The notes: generated from the sequence alone by a model not told the origin. Shown: positions 29,201 through 38,278, numbered from the stretch's first letter. The stretch is 47,974 bases of DNA from Allocoleopsis sp. (GCA_036703375.1 DATNPC010000503.1:1-47974), one strand, 5' to 3'. Made by a program: numbers and translations.

Positions 29201-29428
29201 GCGACAATAGTCCGAATTAACAGAATGGGGCGAAATGATGAACAGGAAGTTATGCGCCTTCTCGATACCATCATTAATTTGGTTTTGAAAGTCTACAGCG
29301 AGGGGAATATCATTTTGGTCAAACCAAACCTTCAATCCAAGTTCGAGCAATCGATCGTGAAGTTTTGTAGCGAACGCTTTACTATCTGCTCTGCCGTAGG
29401 AGATGAAGGCATCGAAGATATTGTTCAT
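26261..29428 (-). CDS. Triple TIR-domain / single-TM / WD40-repeat protein
   Basis: Three TIR-like modules (FDAFISYGRADS..SDYCRREIELA; QVFLAYADEDR..STYCHRELDLA; DVFISYSRADS..SPYCADEVEYA). One TM helix (TTLIVLGISVVVLSGSTLFAF) and six clear WD40 blades. The ATG at 29428 is preceded by GGAGG. The track start at 29458 is a TTG. Confidence 0.9.
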   Translation of the reverse strand: MNNIFDAFISYGRADSKAFATKLHDRLLELGLKVWFDQNDIPLAVDFQNQINDGIEKAHNFLFIISPHSVNSDYCRREIELAIKHNKRIIPLLHVEQISQETWRQRFPSGTAQDWDVYKGQGKHDHYQNMHPTIRQINWVYFRAGIDDFEQSFAGLIELFRRHADYVEQHTGFLVKALEWERHQKQNSYLLIGEERQEAEAWLKIRFKDEQPPCVPTDLHCEYITESIKNANNLMTQVFLAYADEDRAAMEKIRRSLRRDSVTVWTNTTDIQTGEAFDEAINRGIEQADNLVYLLSPNSVRSTYCHRELDLALSLHKRIIPVLVRETPPEHVPSALRELQYIDLTDNVKEEDYYLDESQLLKIFHQDEAYYNEHKILLTKALKWKRQHENPSILLRGYNLRSAETWMKVAHKRTLHLPTPFIEEFINESLRQPPAISLDVFISYSRADSDFARKLNDALQIQGKTTWFDQESIASGADFAQEICQGIKVCDNFLFILSPRSVNSPYCADEVEYAASLNKRFVTVLHREVNSDELHPELAKVQWIDFEGNERDFNANFNQLVRTIDTDRDHVHSHTKWLQRAIEWNENSQSADLLLRGSELVIAQQWLLEAEQKNKQPQATELQKALIAASQEFRDYLLRQDEERQQRELEAARKIAQESAARVKQERTTLIVLGISVVVLSGSTLFAFSQRNEARKNTREATQQNIIALTHTSDALFLANRQLDSLVTALQAGKKLKNAKLEQGGAPSQTQEALQQTTYALQQAIYNLQERNHLEGHNSAVNSVSFNPDGKTLASASWDKTIKLWDVATGKEITTLKGHSSGVESVSFSLDGKTLASASWDKTIKLWDVATGKELTTLKGHSSGVESVSFSPDGKTLASAGDDKTIKFWDVATGKELTTLKGHQYRVYSVSFSPDGKTLASASVDKTIKLWNLATSKEITTLTGHSLWVDSVSFSPDGKTLASASADADNNIKLWNLATDKEITSLKGHSDAVMSVSFSPDGKMIASASLDKTIKLWKVYPNDFNDLMKLGCDRVRDYLKYNAPESDRTLCAQNY
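26370..27090. repeat. Tandem 126-bp DNA repeats encoding the WD40 blades
   Basis: The string CTGTCGCCACATCCCAGA recurs at 26749, 26875 and 27001, exactly 126 bp apart. The 26875 and 27001 copies share ~52 identical consecutive nt. Confidence 0.9.
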
Positions 29429-29648
29429 TTCAAGACCTCCATACCAAACCAGGGACAAAATGTCCCGACATGGGTTATGGAACTAACTTAAATCTACCCT
29501 AAGAGTGTTGTTTTATTCACTAGTCACCATCTATTGAAAAGCTTAAGATTGGATGCTTCAAACCCTTAAAAATTTCCAGTCGCCATAACCAGCCAGGGTT
29601 TAAACCTGGAGAATGGTGGAAGATGTCAATTACTCAAACTCCTACTCC

Positions 29649-29683
29649 AATAAAAATATAGGAGGCTTCAATCAGCCTCCTAT
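29649..29683 (-). terminator. Rho-independent terminator after the hli gene pair
   Basis: Minus strand: ATAGGAGGCT-GATTGA-AGCCTCCTAT followed by ATTTTTATT. Perfect 10-bp stem. Confidence 0.6.
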
Positions 29684-29720
29684 GTTTAAGCTATTGGACT
29701 ACCTGAGAGATGCCTTCAAA

Positions 29721-29909
29721 TTAGAGCAGACCCCAGAAGTGGAGCAAACCCTGACCAGAGAACAATTCGATCGCAAGTGCGACAACGAAGCCCAGCATGG
29801 CTAAACGTCCGTTCCAGATTTCCGCTTGAGGAGTGAAACCACCGACCCAAGCATTCCGTTCTTGGGGGTCAGTAATCGGTTGGTTGGGTGAGTTGTTAGC
29901 GTTAACCAT
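29721..29909 (-). CDS. hli: High-light-inducible protein (Hlip/CAB family)
   Basis: 62 aa. The single helix carries the motif [26 protein letters not shown]. Confidence 0.9.
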   Translation of the reverse strand: MVNANNSPNQPITDPQERNAWVGGFTPQAEIWNGRLAMLGFVVALAIELFSGQGLLHFWGLL

Positions 29910-29971
29910 TTGCTATTCTCCTTTGTTTAATGCATTTGTTACTGGATGATTCTATGTAGGTTCTATCGGAC

Positions 29972-30151
29972 TTACTGCAAACCCCAGAAGTGCAGAACAC
30001 CTTGATTGGAGAACACTTCAATCGCCAGGGCAATTACAAAGCCAAGCATTGCCAGACGACCATTCCAGATTTCTGCTTGAGGGGTGAAACCGAACTTAAC
30101 GGCATTCCGGTCTTCAGGGTTGGTGATGGGTGCGTTGGGTGTATTAGTCAT
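29972..30151 (-). CDS. hli: High-light-inducible protein, second copy (59 aa, below the ORF-track cutoff)
   Basis: Manual translation: [63 protein letters not shown] lies ~10 nt upstream of the ATG. Confidence 0.85.
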   Translation of the reverse strand: MTNTPNAPITNPEDRNAVKFGFTPQAEIWNGRLAMLGFVIALAIEVFSNQGVLHFWGLQ

Positions 30152-30169
30152 TGTTGCTCCGCTTTAACT

Positions 30170-30187
30170 TATGTAACCTAATGTAAC
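30170..30187 (-). promoter_or_regulatory. HLR1 (RpaB-type) element: GTTACATT-AG-GTTACATA
   Basis: Exact match to the published HLR1 pattern, two (G/T)TTACA(T/A)(T/A) direct repeats spaced by 2 nt. It ends 18 nt upstream of the hli ATG. Confidence 0.55.
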
Positions 30188-30631
30188 GAGGCGGAGCTAG
30201 AGAGTTCTCCCTCGCAAGTTAGAAGCAACAAGAGTTTTTGGCTCACACCTTAGAAATAAGAACTTATATCTACTTCGTCAGCTAATCGAGACATCGAAGG
30301 GCTGGAAGGTAAAAATACTGGTCTAAGAGTACCCGTGAGGGTACTACCAAAACGACAAGGGATTCTTGTAAGAAGAGTATTCATGAGCAGACACCAGTTT
30401 TAGGGAAGTAACAGCCAAGGCTCTCTATCCTTATAGCCATTCACAACTGCCTAGAGTTTTTTAAGGACACGACAATACCGATGTCCCTACAAAGCTCCAT
30501 ATCGCACTCCATCAAAACTCAGGGGTTTTATTAGATGGTGCCAGTTTTTGAAACTTTCTAGATAAGTTCTCAACCTCAGCAGTGAGAACTTTTATGCAAA
30601 TTTTAGTCCCTCTACACTAGGAACAAGTTAT

Positions 30632-31291
30632 ATGCATCACCGATTATTGAGAAATTTCCTACTTGGCTTAGTAGGAGTGGTAGTTATTGCCATAGCCGTC
30701 TCCTTATTTACTGCTACCACTGCCACCCCACGCTTCTATTACTCCGTCACCCCATTGGGAACCCTTAATAATTACCCTCTCACCCTCCCCCTTCGTATCA
30801 ATAACTCAGGCCAAGTCGTTGGTATGAGTCAAACGACCAACAGACTTAAAGAACATGCATTTTTGTGGCAGAACGGCAATATGACTGACTTAGGTACCCT
30901 CGGTGGCGACAAGAGTAGAGCCTTTGATATTAATAATGCAGGGCAAGTGGTCGGCAAATCGCTCACTAACAGTGGGCTTTACCACGCCTTTTTGTGGCAA
31001 AACGGTACTCTGACTAACTTAGGTAACTTCGGCGGCACAACCACCGAGGCTATTGATATTAACCAGGTGGGGACAGTAGTCGGCTATTCATCTACTAGTA
31101 GTGGCACTCTCCAAGCTTTTGTATGGCGTAATGGCATCATAAGAAACCTCAATAACCTGTTACCCCCTAATTCTGGCTGGGAATTAACTGTTGCCAGCGG
31201 TATTAATGACAAAGGACAGATTGTAGGAGCGGGAAAATTCAACGGTCAAGACAAGGGTTTTCTCCTAACACCGGTTACCGTGTCTCATTAA
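30632..31291 (+). CDS. HAF-repeat (probable extracellular repeat) protein
   Basis: 219 aa. N-terminal TM/signal anchor. Repeated units G(Q)VVG.S......HAFLWQNG..TDLGTLGG are typical of the HAF family (TIGR02913). Confidence 0.8.
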   Translation: MHHRLLRNFLLGLVGVVVIAIAVSLFTATTATPRFYYSVTPLGTLNNYPLTLPLRINNSGQVVGMSQTTNRLKEHAFLWQNGNMTDLGTLGGDKSRAFDINNAGQVVGKSLTNSGLYHAFLWQNGTLTNLGNFGGTTTEAIDINQVGTVVGYSSTSSGTLQAFVWRNGIIRNLNNLLPPNSGWELTVASGINDKGQIVGAGKFNGQDKGFLLTPVTVSH

Positions 31292-31333
31292 CCATCATCA
31301 ATCGCGTATGTGACAACTCCTTAGTACCAAATA

Positions 31334-31373
31334 AAAGCGATCGCCTGAGTTACATTCTCAACGCGATCGCTTT
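31334..31373. terminator. HIP1-based hairpin between convergent genes
   Basis: AAAGCGATCGC-N18-GCGATCGCTTT. 11-bp stem with A-run and T-run flanks. Confidence 0.4.
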
Positions 31374-31391
31374 GCAATTCAGTCGCCCCCT

Positions 31392-31655
31392 CTAAAACAC
31401 CTCTTCTTCTTCTTCCTCCATCTCCTTCATTTCTTCTAGAGATTGCCAGCCAGCATGCCAGAGGGAACGGTCTTTGAGCTGTTTAGCATTCAGCCAAAAA
31501 CGGACATTGGGGTCGCAGGAGGCTACCATTTCCGCAAAAACCCACTTACCCTCGTTCTTGCGGTTGATGACTTGGAAGTGTCGCCAGCCCCAAGTTTTCT
31601 GCTTAGCTGTCCATTTAGAACCCACAAGGTAAGGAAATTTCTGCTTTTTCAGCAT
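31392..31655 (-). CDS. TIGR02450-family tryptophan-rich small protein
   Basis: 87 aa. The pattern KFPYLVGSKWTA...GWRHFQV... with spaced Trp residues matches the Trp-rich conserved hypothetical family. Acidic tail. Confidence 0.75.
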   Translation of the reverse strand: MLKKQKFPYLVGSKWTAKQKTWGWRHFQVINRKNEGKWVFAEMVASCDPNVRFWLNAKQLKDRSLWHAGWQSLEEMKEMEEEEEEVF

Positions 31656-31688
31656 TCTCTATACGTTTAAGCTTGCAATTTTACCTTT

Positions 31689-32315
31689 TCATTTTCTCCC
31701 GTTAGTCAGGAGGCGTGCGGCAATGACTCCGCCGATAAAACCAAATAAATGTCCCTCCCAAGATATTCCTGGTTGTGTCGGCAAAACGCCCCAAATCGTC
31801 CCGCCATACAGAAATCCGACAACGAGCGACAGCAAAATTGAGGGAAAATTGCGTTCAAAGTAACCGCGTAGTAAGAGAAAACCCAAGTAACCGAAAATTA
31901 AGCCACTGGCACCAATGTGAACTGAGTTGGGTGAACCCAGCAACCAAGTCCCCAACCCACTCACCAGCATGGTAATGGCGCTCACCACAAAAAAGTCGCT
32001 GGTTTCTTGCAACATGACAAACCAGCCTAGAACCACAAAAGGAATGGTATTGGCAATGAGGTGCCCCAAACTACCGTGAAGAAAAGGAGCAAAGAGAATA
32101 CCGCGCAGACCGATAATGTGGTGAGGCCAGATACCATAAGCATTCAGCGCCCCTCCGAGGACGAAATCTACAATTGAGATCGCCCAGATGAGCGCAACGA
32201 ATCCGCCTAGGGTTGTGCCTTGAGTTTTTAGTTCGCGGACGAGTGCTTGTGTTTCCTCACGGACAAGCGATCTGGTTTCCCGGTTACTCATTCCTCTACC
32301 TCTGGAGAGACACAC
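31689..32315 (-). CDS. Rhomboid-family intramembrane serine protease
   Basis: Multi-TM protein. Catalytic GASGLIFG (Ser) and HLFGFIGG (His), plus the HLIANT motif. The ATG at 32291 (MSNRET) is a likely alternative start. Confidence 0.88.
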   Translation of the reverse strand: MCLSRGRGMSNRETRSLVREETQALVRELKTQGTTLGGFVALIWAISIVDFVLGGALNAYGIWPHHIIGLRGILFAPFLHGSLGHLIANTIPFVVLGWFVMLQETSDFFVVSAITMLVSGLGTWLLGSPNSVHIGASGLIFGYLGFLLLRGYFERNFPSILLSLVVGFLYGGTIWGVLPTQPGISWEGHLFGFIGGVIAARLLTNGRK

Positions 32316-32365
32316 TTTTAGTATGTTTCCAGAGTAGCAATTTCAACCAGCCGCCTTTAACTGGC

Positions 32366-32386
32366 CACTGCTCACTGTTCACTGTT
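32366..32386. repeat. STRR-like heptamers CACTGCT CACTGTT CACTGTT
   Basis: Same unit as 12831-12900. Abuts the stop of the S9 peptidase gene. Confidence 0.8.
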
Positions 32387-34347
32387 TAAGGCAGGTTTGC
32401 GATCGCAACTGGCTCGATGGATTCCGCCGGTTCAAAACCAAAGACGCGAGAGTAGAAGTAAAACTCACCATCTAAGGTACGTTTGATATTCTCGGCACGA
32501 CGGAACCCATGTTGCTCTCCCTCATAAGTAACATACGCCACGGGTAATCCTTTCGCTTTAATGGCTTCGACCATCATTTCAGCTTGATTGGGCGGTACAA
32601 TCTTGTCTTCCAACCCTTGGAAGAAAATCACAGGACAGGAGAGTTGGTCTGTAAAGTGAATGGGCGATCGCTTTTCGTACAAATCTTTCCGTTCTGGATA
32701 AGGGCCAATCAATCCATCTAAGTAGCGCGACTCAAACTTGTGAGTATCCCTGGCCAAGATTTCCAAATCGCTGACACCGTAGTAACTCGCCCCTGCTTTA
32801 AAGACATCTCGGAACGTCAGCGCCGCTAGGGTTGTATAGCCCCCAGCACTACCCCCTGCGATTGCTAAGCGATCGCGATCGACTAATCCTTGCTCGGCGA
32901 GATACTTGGCTACATTGGCGCAGTCATCTACATCCACGATGCCCCAATTATCGTTTAATCGCTGGCGATACTCTCGCCCGTATCCCGTACTGCCTCCATA
33001 ATTGACATCGACAAAGGCAAAGCCGCGACTCGTCCAGTATTGAATTCTCAAGTTAAACGCACTAGAAGTAGAGGCAGTTGGGCCGCCGTGGCTTTTGACA
33101 ACGAGTGGTGGTTTTTCTCCAGAAGGTGCCGCGTAATCTTTGTTTTGCGGGGGGTAGAAGATAGCGTAGGCGGTAAGACCATTTTCGGTGGGAAATGCGA
33201 TCGCTTGTGGGGTCGAGAGGTATCCCGGATCGATTTCCAATTCGCTCGATCGACGCAACACGTCTATTGCTCTGGTTGCCAGGTCCATCTGGACAACGGC
33301 ACTTGGTTGTGTAGCGGAACTGCCGATGAACCCTATTCGATTATTCGCCGCCTGAAGAGATGAAATCTCCGTGTAGGGTGTTTCAATTTCTTCTAGCTGT
33401 TTGGTCTGCGTATCGAGACTCGCCAGCTTCCAAATCCCGTTCTGAGTATACGTGCAGATCAGAGTGTTAGCTGAGGCAAAAGCATAGGTGGACATGCCGA
33501 AAACCCACTGCGGCAGACCAAATTCCGCCTCCATTTCATACAACAGCTCGACTTCCCACACTCCCCCCTTACCCAGGTTGGGTTGCCAGCGATAGAGGTT
33601 CCACCAATTCGTGCGATCGGATACGAAATACAGTACACCATCTGGCGACCACTCTGGCTGAAAAATTGACTCTTCAACTCCGCCAGCAGTAAACTTTGCT
33701 TGGTCGAGAGAACCATCGTCCTGAATCGTGGCAACCCAGAGTTGAGTGCCATCCCAAGGCATATTGGGATGGTTCCAACTCAGCCACGCTAATTGAGTGC
33801 CATCTGGACTAAGGCGCGGTGACGAGTAGAAATCACTGCCAGAAGCTAGGACTTGGACATCGTCTCCATTCTCCAAACTAATGCTGACCAAGGTGTTAGT
33901 TGGCTCATGACCTCCATCCGTATGGTCTTCGCACACACAAATTATCCGCCCTCGCTGCGAATCAATTATGGCATCGGCATAACGTAGATTTCCCCCTGAC
34001 TCTTGGGTTAGCGGTTGGGGTTCGGAACCAGGAGTTTGCTTGTAGAGGCGTTGGTCGGCAAAGTTGGAAAAGTAAATCGTGCCATCTTTAATCGCAAACG
34101 CACCGCCCCCATACTCGTGAACGCGGGTACGAACGTTGAAGGGGGATGGCGTCACATCAACTGTCTTGCCATCCGGCGTCCGCCGCACAATTACATTCCG
34201 TCCCGCTTCTGCCGGTCGCCCCTCTGTCCAATAGACATCTTCACCATCTAGGGCAATACCACCCAGACCAATGGTGCCAGCGACAATCAGGTCGGCTGTA
34301 ATGGGTGACTTCCAGGAACCATAGGGGGCAATTTGCGGTTCGGTCAT
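32386..34347 (-). CDS. S9-family serine peptidase (prolyl oligopeptidase / acylaminoacyl-peptidase-like)
   Basis: 653 aa. N-terminal beta-propeller-like region and a C-terminal alpha/beta hydrolase with nucleophile elbow GGSAGGYT, plus downstream D and H (EGEQHGF). Confidence 0.9.
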   Translation of the reverse strand: MTEPQIAPYGSWKSPITADLIVAGTIGLGGIALDGEDVYWTEGRPAEAGRNVIVRRTPDGKTVDVTPSPFNVRTRVHEYGGGAFAIKDGTIYFSNFADQRLYKQTPGSEPQPLTQESGGNLRYADAIIDSQRGRIICVCEDHTDGGHEPTNTLVSISLENGDDVQVLASGSDFYSSPRLSPDGTQLAWLSWNHPNMPWDGTQLWVATIQDDGSLDQAKFTAGGVEESIFQPEWSPDGVLYFVSDRTNWWNLYRWQPNLGKGGVWEVELLYEMEAEFGLPQWVFGMSTYAFASANTLICTYTQNGIWKLASLDTQTKQLEEIETPYTEISSLQAANNRIGFIGSSATQPSAVVQMDLATRAIDVLRRSSELEIDPGYLSTPQAIAFPTENGLTAYAIFYPPQNKDYAAPSGEKPPLVVKSHGGPTASTSSAFNLRIQYWTSRGFAFVDVNYGGSTGYGREYRQRLNDNWGIVDVDDCANVAKYLAEQGLVDRDRLAIAGGSAGGYTTLAALTFRDVFKAGASYYGVSDLEILARDTHKFESRYLDGLIGPYPERKDLYEKRSPIHFTDQLSCPVIFFQGLEDKIVPPNQAEMMVEAIKAKGLPVAYVTYEGEQHGFRRAENIKRTLDGEFYFYSRVFGFEPAESIEPVAIANLP

Positions 34348-34385
34348 GCTTAGTCCTCGTTTTAGAATCTCACACGTGACTTCTC

Positions 34386-35830
34386 CAGACGCTCACCCTA
34401 AGGGGTAGAGCGCTGGCTTCTCAAGATCGCTCTTGAGCATTCCTGGATAACCACTTATCTAGGCAAAAAGCCCCCGACAGTACGGCAAGACCAGGCAGTT
34501 TCCCTTCTCCGTCGTCCACGGATACTACATTATCAAGCCCACGTATTAACACTATTTGAGCCGCAGCATGGTCGCGATGAGTAGAGTATTGACACTCAGG
34601 ACAATTATGAATTCTATCCCCAAGGGTCTTAGACACAGCCGTTTGGCAGTTAGGGCAAGTTTGGGATGTGCCGTTGGGATTGACTTTTTCAAAGTACACC
34701 CCGCGTTTCCAACAAACCCACTCCAACAAACTCAAGAATGTCCCAAAAGATGCATCAACGCATTCCTTCCTGAGCATTCCTCTATTGAGTCCAACAGTGT
34801 TCAGGTTTTCAGCAAAAATAGTCTGTGCTTGGTCGCAAAGCTTGTGGGCATTTTTCAAATGAAAGTCTTTACGACGATTGGCAATGTGGTGATGGAGTTT
34901 GGCTACTTCAATCTGCGCTTTTTCCCAGTTTTTAGAACGTTTCTGTTTCCTTGCAGCTCTGCGTTGCAGCACTTTCAGCCGACTTTGCAAAGTCTTAAAG
35001 AACTTCGGACGTTCTACATAAGTGCCATCAGAAGAGGTAATAAACCGCTCCAGTCCCAAATCAATACCAATAGCACGACCATGAACGGGTATATCGGGAA
35101 TGCTCACATCCGACTGGATGGTTACAATGACATACCATTGAGTCCCTCGACATCTAGACAGCACCCGCACTTGCTTGACGGCAAAACCGTCAGGGATGGA
35201 GCGGTGCAATGTGATGGGGACAAGACCAATTTTGGGCAGTTTAATTTGATTCCCAGATATGGGGCTTTCTTTAAACTGTGGAAAGAGAAACGACTTGAAT
35301 TGTCCGTACTTTTTGAATCTAGGAAACCCAAAGTCTCGCTTACGGAAGTTCTCCCAAGTGTTATGCAGGCGTTTAATTACGTCTTGCAATACCTGCGAAT
35401 GAACGTTTTTGAGTCCTGTCCATGTTTGTTTGAGTACAGGCAGTTGCCGCTTCTGCTCCATATATCCCGGAAAAGGCGCATCAGCACTGATGATGTATTC
35501 CTTTTCCAAGGAGCATCTATCAACCATGCACTTCCGACTATTCATCCAATCCTTAAGTTCTCGCAAGGCATAGTTATAAACCCTGCGACAGCTTTCCAGC
35601 CACGCAAGCATTTGAGCTTGTTGGCTGACATCTGGATCAATTCGGTATGTGTAGTTCATGGTTAACATTCCAGGAGTTTAGCATGACTTACCACTTACGC
35701 TAAATATCTGTTTTCCCACTACATTTGTTAGTCAACTCCATACTTCCGTTGACCCGCCTTATATCCCGACGCTCAATCGTCACGCGGTACTCACCTACGG
35801 TTCGATGTGTCCGCGTCGATTAGAGCGCGG
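34386..35830 (-). mobile_element. tnpB-only IS200/IS605-family (IS1341-type) element with related imperfect hairpins at both ends
   Basis: RE-side hairpin at 34386-34415: CAGACGCTCACCC-TAAG-GGGTAGAGCGCTG. LE-side hairpin at 35767-35830: CGACGCTCAATCG..ACGCGG-loop-CCGCGT..CGATTAGAGCGCGG. Both share the GACGCTCA / TAGAGCGC arms. The exact termini are not determinable by eye. Confidence 0.7.
34421..35668 (-). CDS. tnpB: TnpB (OrfB) RNA-guided endonuclease / IS605-family accessory protein
   Basis: 415 aa. RuvC-like motifs IGIDLGLERF and THRDHAAAQIV, and a zinc ribbon CPNC...CPEC. No tnpA is adjacent. Confidence 0.9.
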   Translation of the reverse strand: MLTMNYTYRIDPDVSQQAQMLAWLESCRRVYNYALRELKDWMNSRKCMVDRCSLEKEYIISADAPFPGYMEQKRQLPVLKQTWTGLKNVHSQVLQDVIKRLHNTWENFRKRDFGFPRFKKYGQFKSFLFPQFKESPISGNQIKLPKIGLVPITLHRSIPDGFAVKQVRVLSRCRGTQWYVIVTIQSDVSIPDIPVHGRAIGIDLGLERFITSSDGTYVERPKFFKTLQSRLKVLQRRAARKQKRSKNWEKAQIEVAKLHHHIANRRKDFHLKNAHKLCDQAQTIFAENLNTVGLNRGMLRKECVDASFGTFLSLLEWVCWKRGVYFEKVNPNGTSQTCPNCQTAVSKTLGDRIHNCPECQYSTHRDHAAAQIVLIRGLDNVVSVDDGEGKLPGLAVLSGAFCLDKWLSRNAQERS

Positions 35831-36346
35831 GGCTTACGGCGTTTTTGCTAAAGGCTAGTCGCTAATCCATTATTAGGGATCAGTGGGGTTGCTGAATTGA
35901 AGGAACCTACCGATTTGGCAATTTTCGGAATTCAAATTCCAGAGGTGCGATCGCGTTTTCTGCAAGATAATGGGATGAATCTTACATTCCTTGAGTGGCA
36001 ATTGCCAGATCGTTCTGCCTGAAGAAGCATTTCTCTTTACCAGGCAGTCAATTCGCTTAGATCGTTAGAGACATCTGACGGAAGCGAGCGCTCTAGCTAA
36101 ACTAGTAGAATCGCAACATCACTATTCGATACTGCTACGGCAACATTCTGTATGCAGTATCTACTGGTCAGGGTTTGATGAAAGGTTGTGCGGGGATTCG
36201 TTGACGTTACTCAGAGTAGCGGGTCAAATCGAGTTATCCAAGGTTGGAGAAGTTAGAGCTTACCATCACTTCAATTTTCAGCGAAATTCCTGCTGTAAAC
36301 AGCACGTCTAAACAGCGCTTGAGAAACGAAAAAGTCAACCGTCCTC

Positions 36347-38278
36347 ATGTTCATCAAATCTATCTGCCGAGTCTTCGATCGGCTTTCTAACCAGGCTAAT
36401 CTAGCCATCATCCTCATTGTCCCCTTGCTTCTGCAACTTGTTGGGGCAGTAGAGTTAGTCAGGTATCACTCGTTAGTTATAGCGCTCGGAATTGGTATTT
36501 CGATCGCGGCTGGGATTACCCAACCAATGGTTCTCTTAAACACTGCCGCCAAGGAAATCGATCGAGGGACTGAGGCATTACGCCAAAGTGAAGAGCGCTT
36601 CCGCGAAATTGTAGGAACGAGCGATCGGCTCTTTTTCGTTCGTTCGGCAAGTTCTGGTCAGTTTCTTTATGTCAGTCCAGCTTATGAAAAGATTTGGGGC
36701 TGTACCTGTGAGAGCTTGTATCAAAATCCTCAATCGTGGATGGAGGCATTGCACCCAGACGATCGCCAATTGGTTCTAGATTGTCTCGATCGCCAGTTTC
36801 AAGGCAATCCAGTCAAGCGAGAGTATCGGATTGTTCGTGCTGATAGCTCCATTCGCTGGATTGTAGCTGATATTTCAGTGGTTCGTGACGAGGCAGGACA
36901 ACCCTTACGCTTTGTAGGAGTGGCAGAAGATATTAGCGATCGCAAGCAGGTAGAAGAAGCACTGCGTAAAAGTGAAGATCGCAATCGAGCCTTACTTAAC
37001 GCGATACCCGATTTGATAATTAGAATGGCTAAAGATGGTACTTACCTAGACTTTTGGCCCGCAAAAAACTTCGATACTGTTGTCATTGGTAGTGATTTTA
37101 TCGGCAAAAATATATACGAAATCATGCCATTTGAGGTCACTCAGGAGCGCATGCATTATGTAGAGCAGGCACTCGCTACAAACACTACCCAAACGTATGA
37201 TTTTCAGCTTGTAAAAGATGACAGTATCTACGAACAAGAGGCTCGAATTGTCGTTTGTGGGGAAGATGAGGTTTTGGTCATTGTACGCGATATCACTGCC
37301 CGCAAACAAGCCGAAGAAGCTCTGCGAAATAGTGAAGCGCGAGAACGAGAACGAGCACAAGCCCTAAAACTCGCTCTAGAAAAATTGCAACATACCCAAG
37401 CCCAACTGATCCAATCTGAAAAAATGTCGAGCTTGGGGCAAATGATTGCGGGCATCGCTCACGAAATCAATAATCCCATCAGCTTTATTTACGGCAACCT
37501 TACTCCGGCTCGTCGCTACTTTCAAGACTTGCTCAGTCTGCTTGCACTCTACCAAAAGACCTATCCTCATCCCGAACTAGAAATTCAGCAGCAAACTTCG
37601 GAAATTGAGTTGGATTTTCTATTGCAAGATTGGCAAAAACTGATTAATTCTATGGAAGTCGGAACTGACCGCATTTGCGAAATCGTTCGCTCCTTAAGAA
37701 ACTTTTCCAGGCTCGATGAAAAAGAACTAAAATCTGTTGATATTCACGAGGGAATCGATAATACTCTTCTCATTTTGCAGCATCGACTGAGAGCGGATGG
37801 AAATGCCCAAGAGATTCAGGTGATTAAAGATTACGGTCAATTACCACTAGTTACCTGTTATGCTAGTCAGTTGAATCAGGTATTTATGAACTTATTGAGT
37901 AATGCCATTGACGCTCTTAAACAGGAGCCAGTAAGTAGGAGTCATAAATCAGGGGTAATACCAACAATTACCATTCACACTGACGTTAGAGATATCAAAA
38001 ACAGCCAAACTCTAAATGCTTTTTTGATCGTTGTTCGGATTGCTGATAATGGCTCTGGTATGAGTGAGGAAGTACAACAAAAAATATTTGATCCATTTTT
38101 CACCACAAAGCCTATAGGGAGTGGCACGGGATTGGGATTATCTATTTGTTATCAAATAGTAGTGGAGAAACACAAAGGTCACATCACTTGTGTTTCTACT
38201 CTAGGACAAGGGACAGAGTTTATTGTGGAGATTCCAGTCAAATCGGTTAAGGCTGAACATTATGACCACACCCTTTGA
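36347..38278 (+). CDS. PAS-PAS sensor histidine kinase (orphan)
   Basis: 643 aa. Two TM-like helices, two PAS modules each preceded by EALR.SEER/EDR coiled-coil linkers, H-box [17 protein letters not shown], and HATPase N/G boxes (NLLSNAIDA; DNGSGM; [10 protein letters not shown]). Confidence 0.9.
   Translation: MFIKSICRVFDRLSNQANLAIILIVPLLLQLVGAVELVRYHSLVIALGIGISIAAGITQPMVLLNTAAKEIDRGTEALRQSEERFREIVGTSDRLFFVRSASSGQFLYVSPAYEKIWGCTCESLYQNPQSWMEALHPDDRQLVLDCLDRQFQGNPVKREYRIVRADSSIRWIVADISVVRDEAGQPLRFVGVAEDISDRKQVEEALRKSEDRNRALLNAIPDLIIRMAKDGTYLDFWPAKNFDTVVIGSDFIGKNIYEIMPFEVTQERMHYVEQALATNTTQTYDFQLVKDDSIYEQEARIVVCGEDEVLVIVRDITARKQAEEALRNSEARERERAQALKLALEKLQHTQAQLIQSEKMSSLGQMIAGIAHEINNPISFIYGNLTPARRYFQDLLSLLALYQKTYPHPELEIQQQTSEIELDFLLQDWQKLINSMEVGTDRICEIVRSLRNFSRLDEKELKSVDIHEGIDNTLLILQHRLRADGNAQEIQVIKDYGQLPLVTCYASQLNQVFMNLLSNAIDALKQEPVSRSHKSGVIPTITIHTDVRDIKNSQTLNAFLIVVRIADNGSGMSEEVQQKIFDPFFTTKPIGSGTGLGLSICYQIVVEKHKGHITCVSTLGQGTEFIVEIPVKSVKAEHYDHTL

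Noticed and set aside
29613-30181. Two 63-aa plus-strand ORFs (29613-29804 and 29990-30181)
   Set aside because: They lie antisense to the two hli genes, whose products carry the diagnostic CAB helix. The plus-strand products have no features.
34556-35665. 369-aa plus-strand ORF spanning almost all of tnpB in antisense
   Set aside because: It exactly shadows the tnpB frame. The translation is low-complexity with no motif, whereas the minus-strand product has clear RuvC and zinc-ribbon motifs. Long antisense open frames are a known by-product of codon bias.
35799-35806. tRNA-like T-loop string GGTTCGAT
   Set aside because: It sits in the loop of the IS left-end hairpin. No acceptor, D or anticodon arms can be drawn around it.
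35890-36020. Short frame reading ...IPEVRSRFLQDNGMNLTFLEWQLPDRSA*, resembling the N-terminus of an alpha/beta hydrolase next to the IS left end (possible gene remnant)
   Set aside because: Only ~25 residues are suggestive, and no continuation with an HG or nucleophile-elbow motif exists in any frame. This is too weak to annotate as a pseudogene without a database search.
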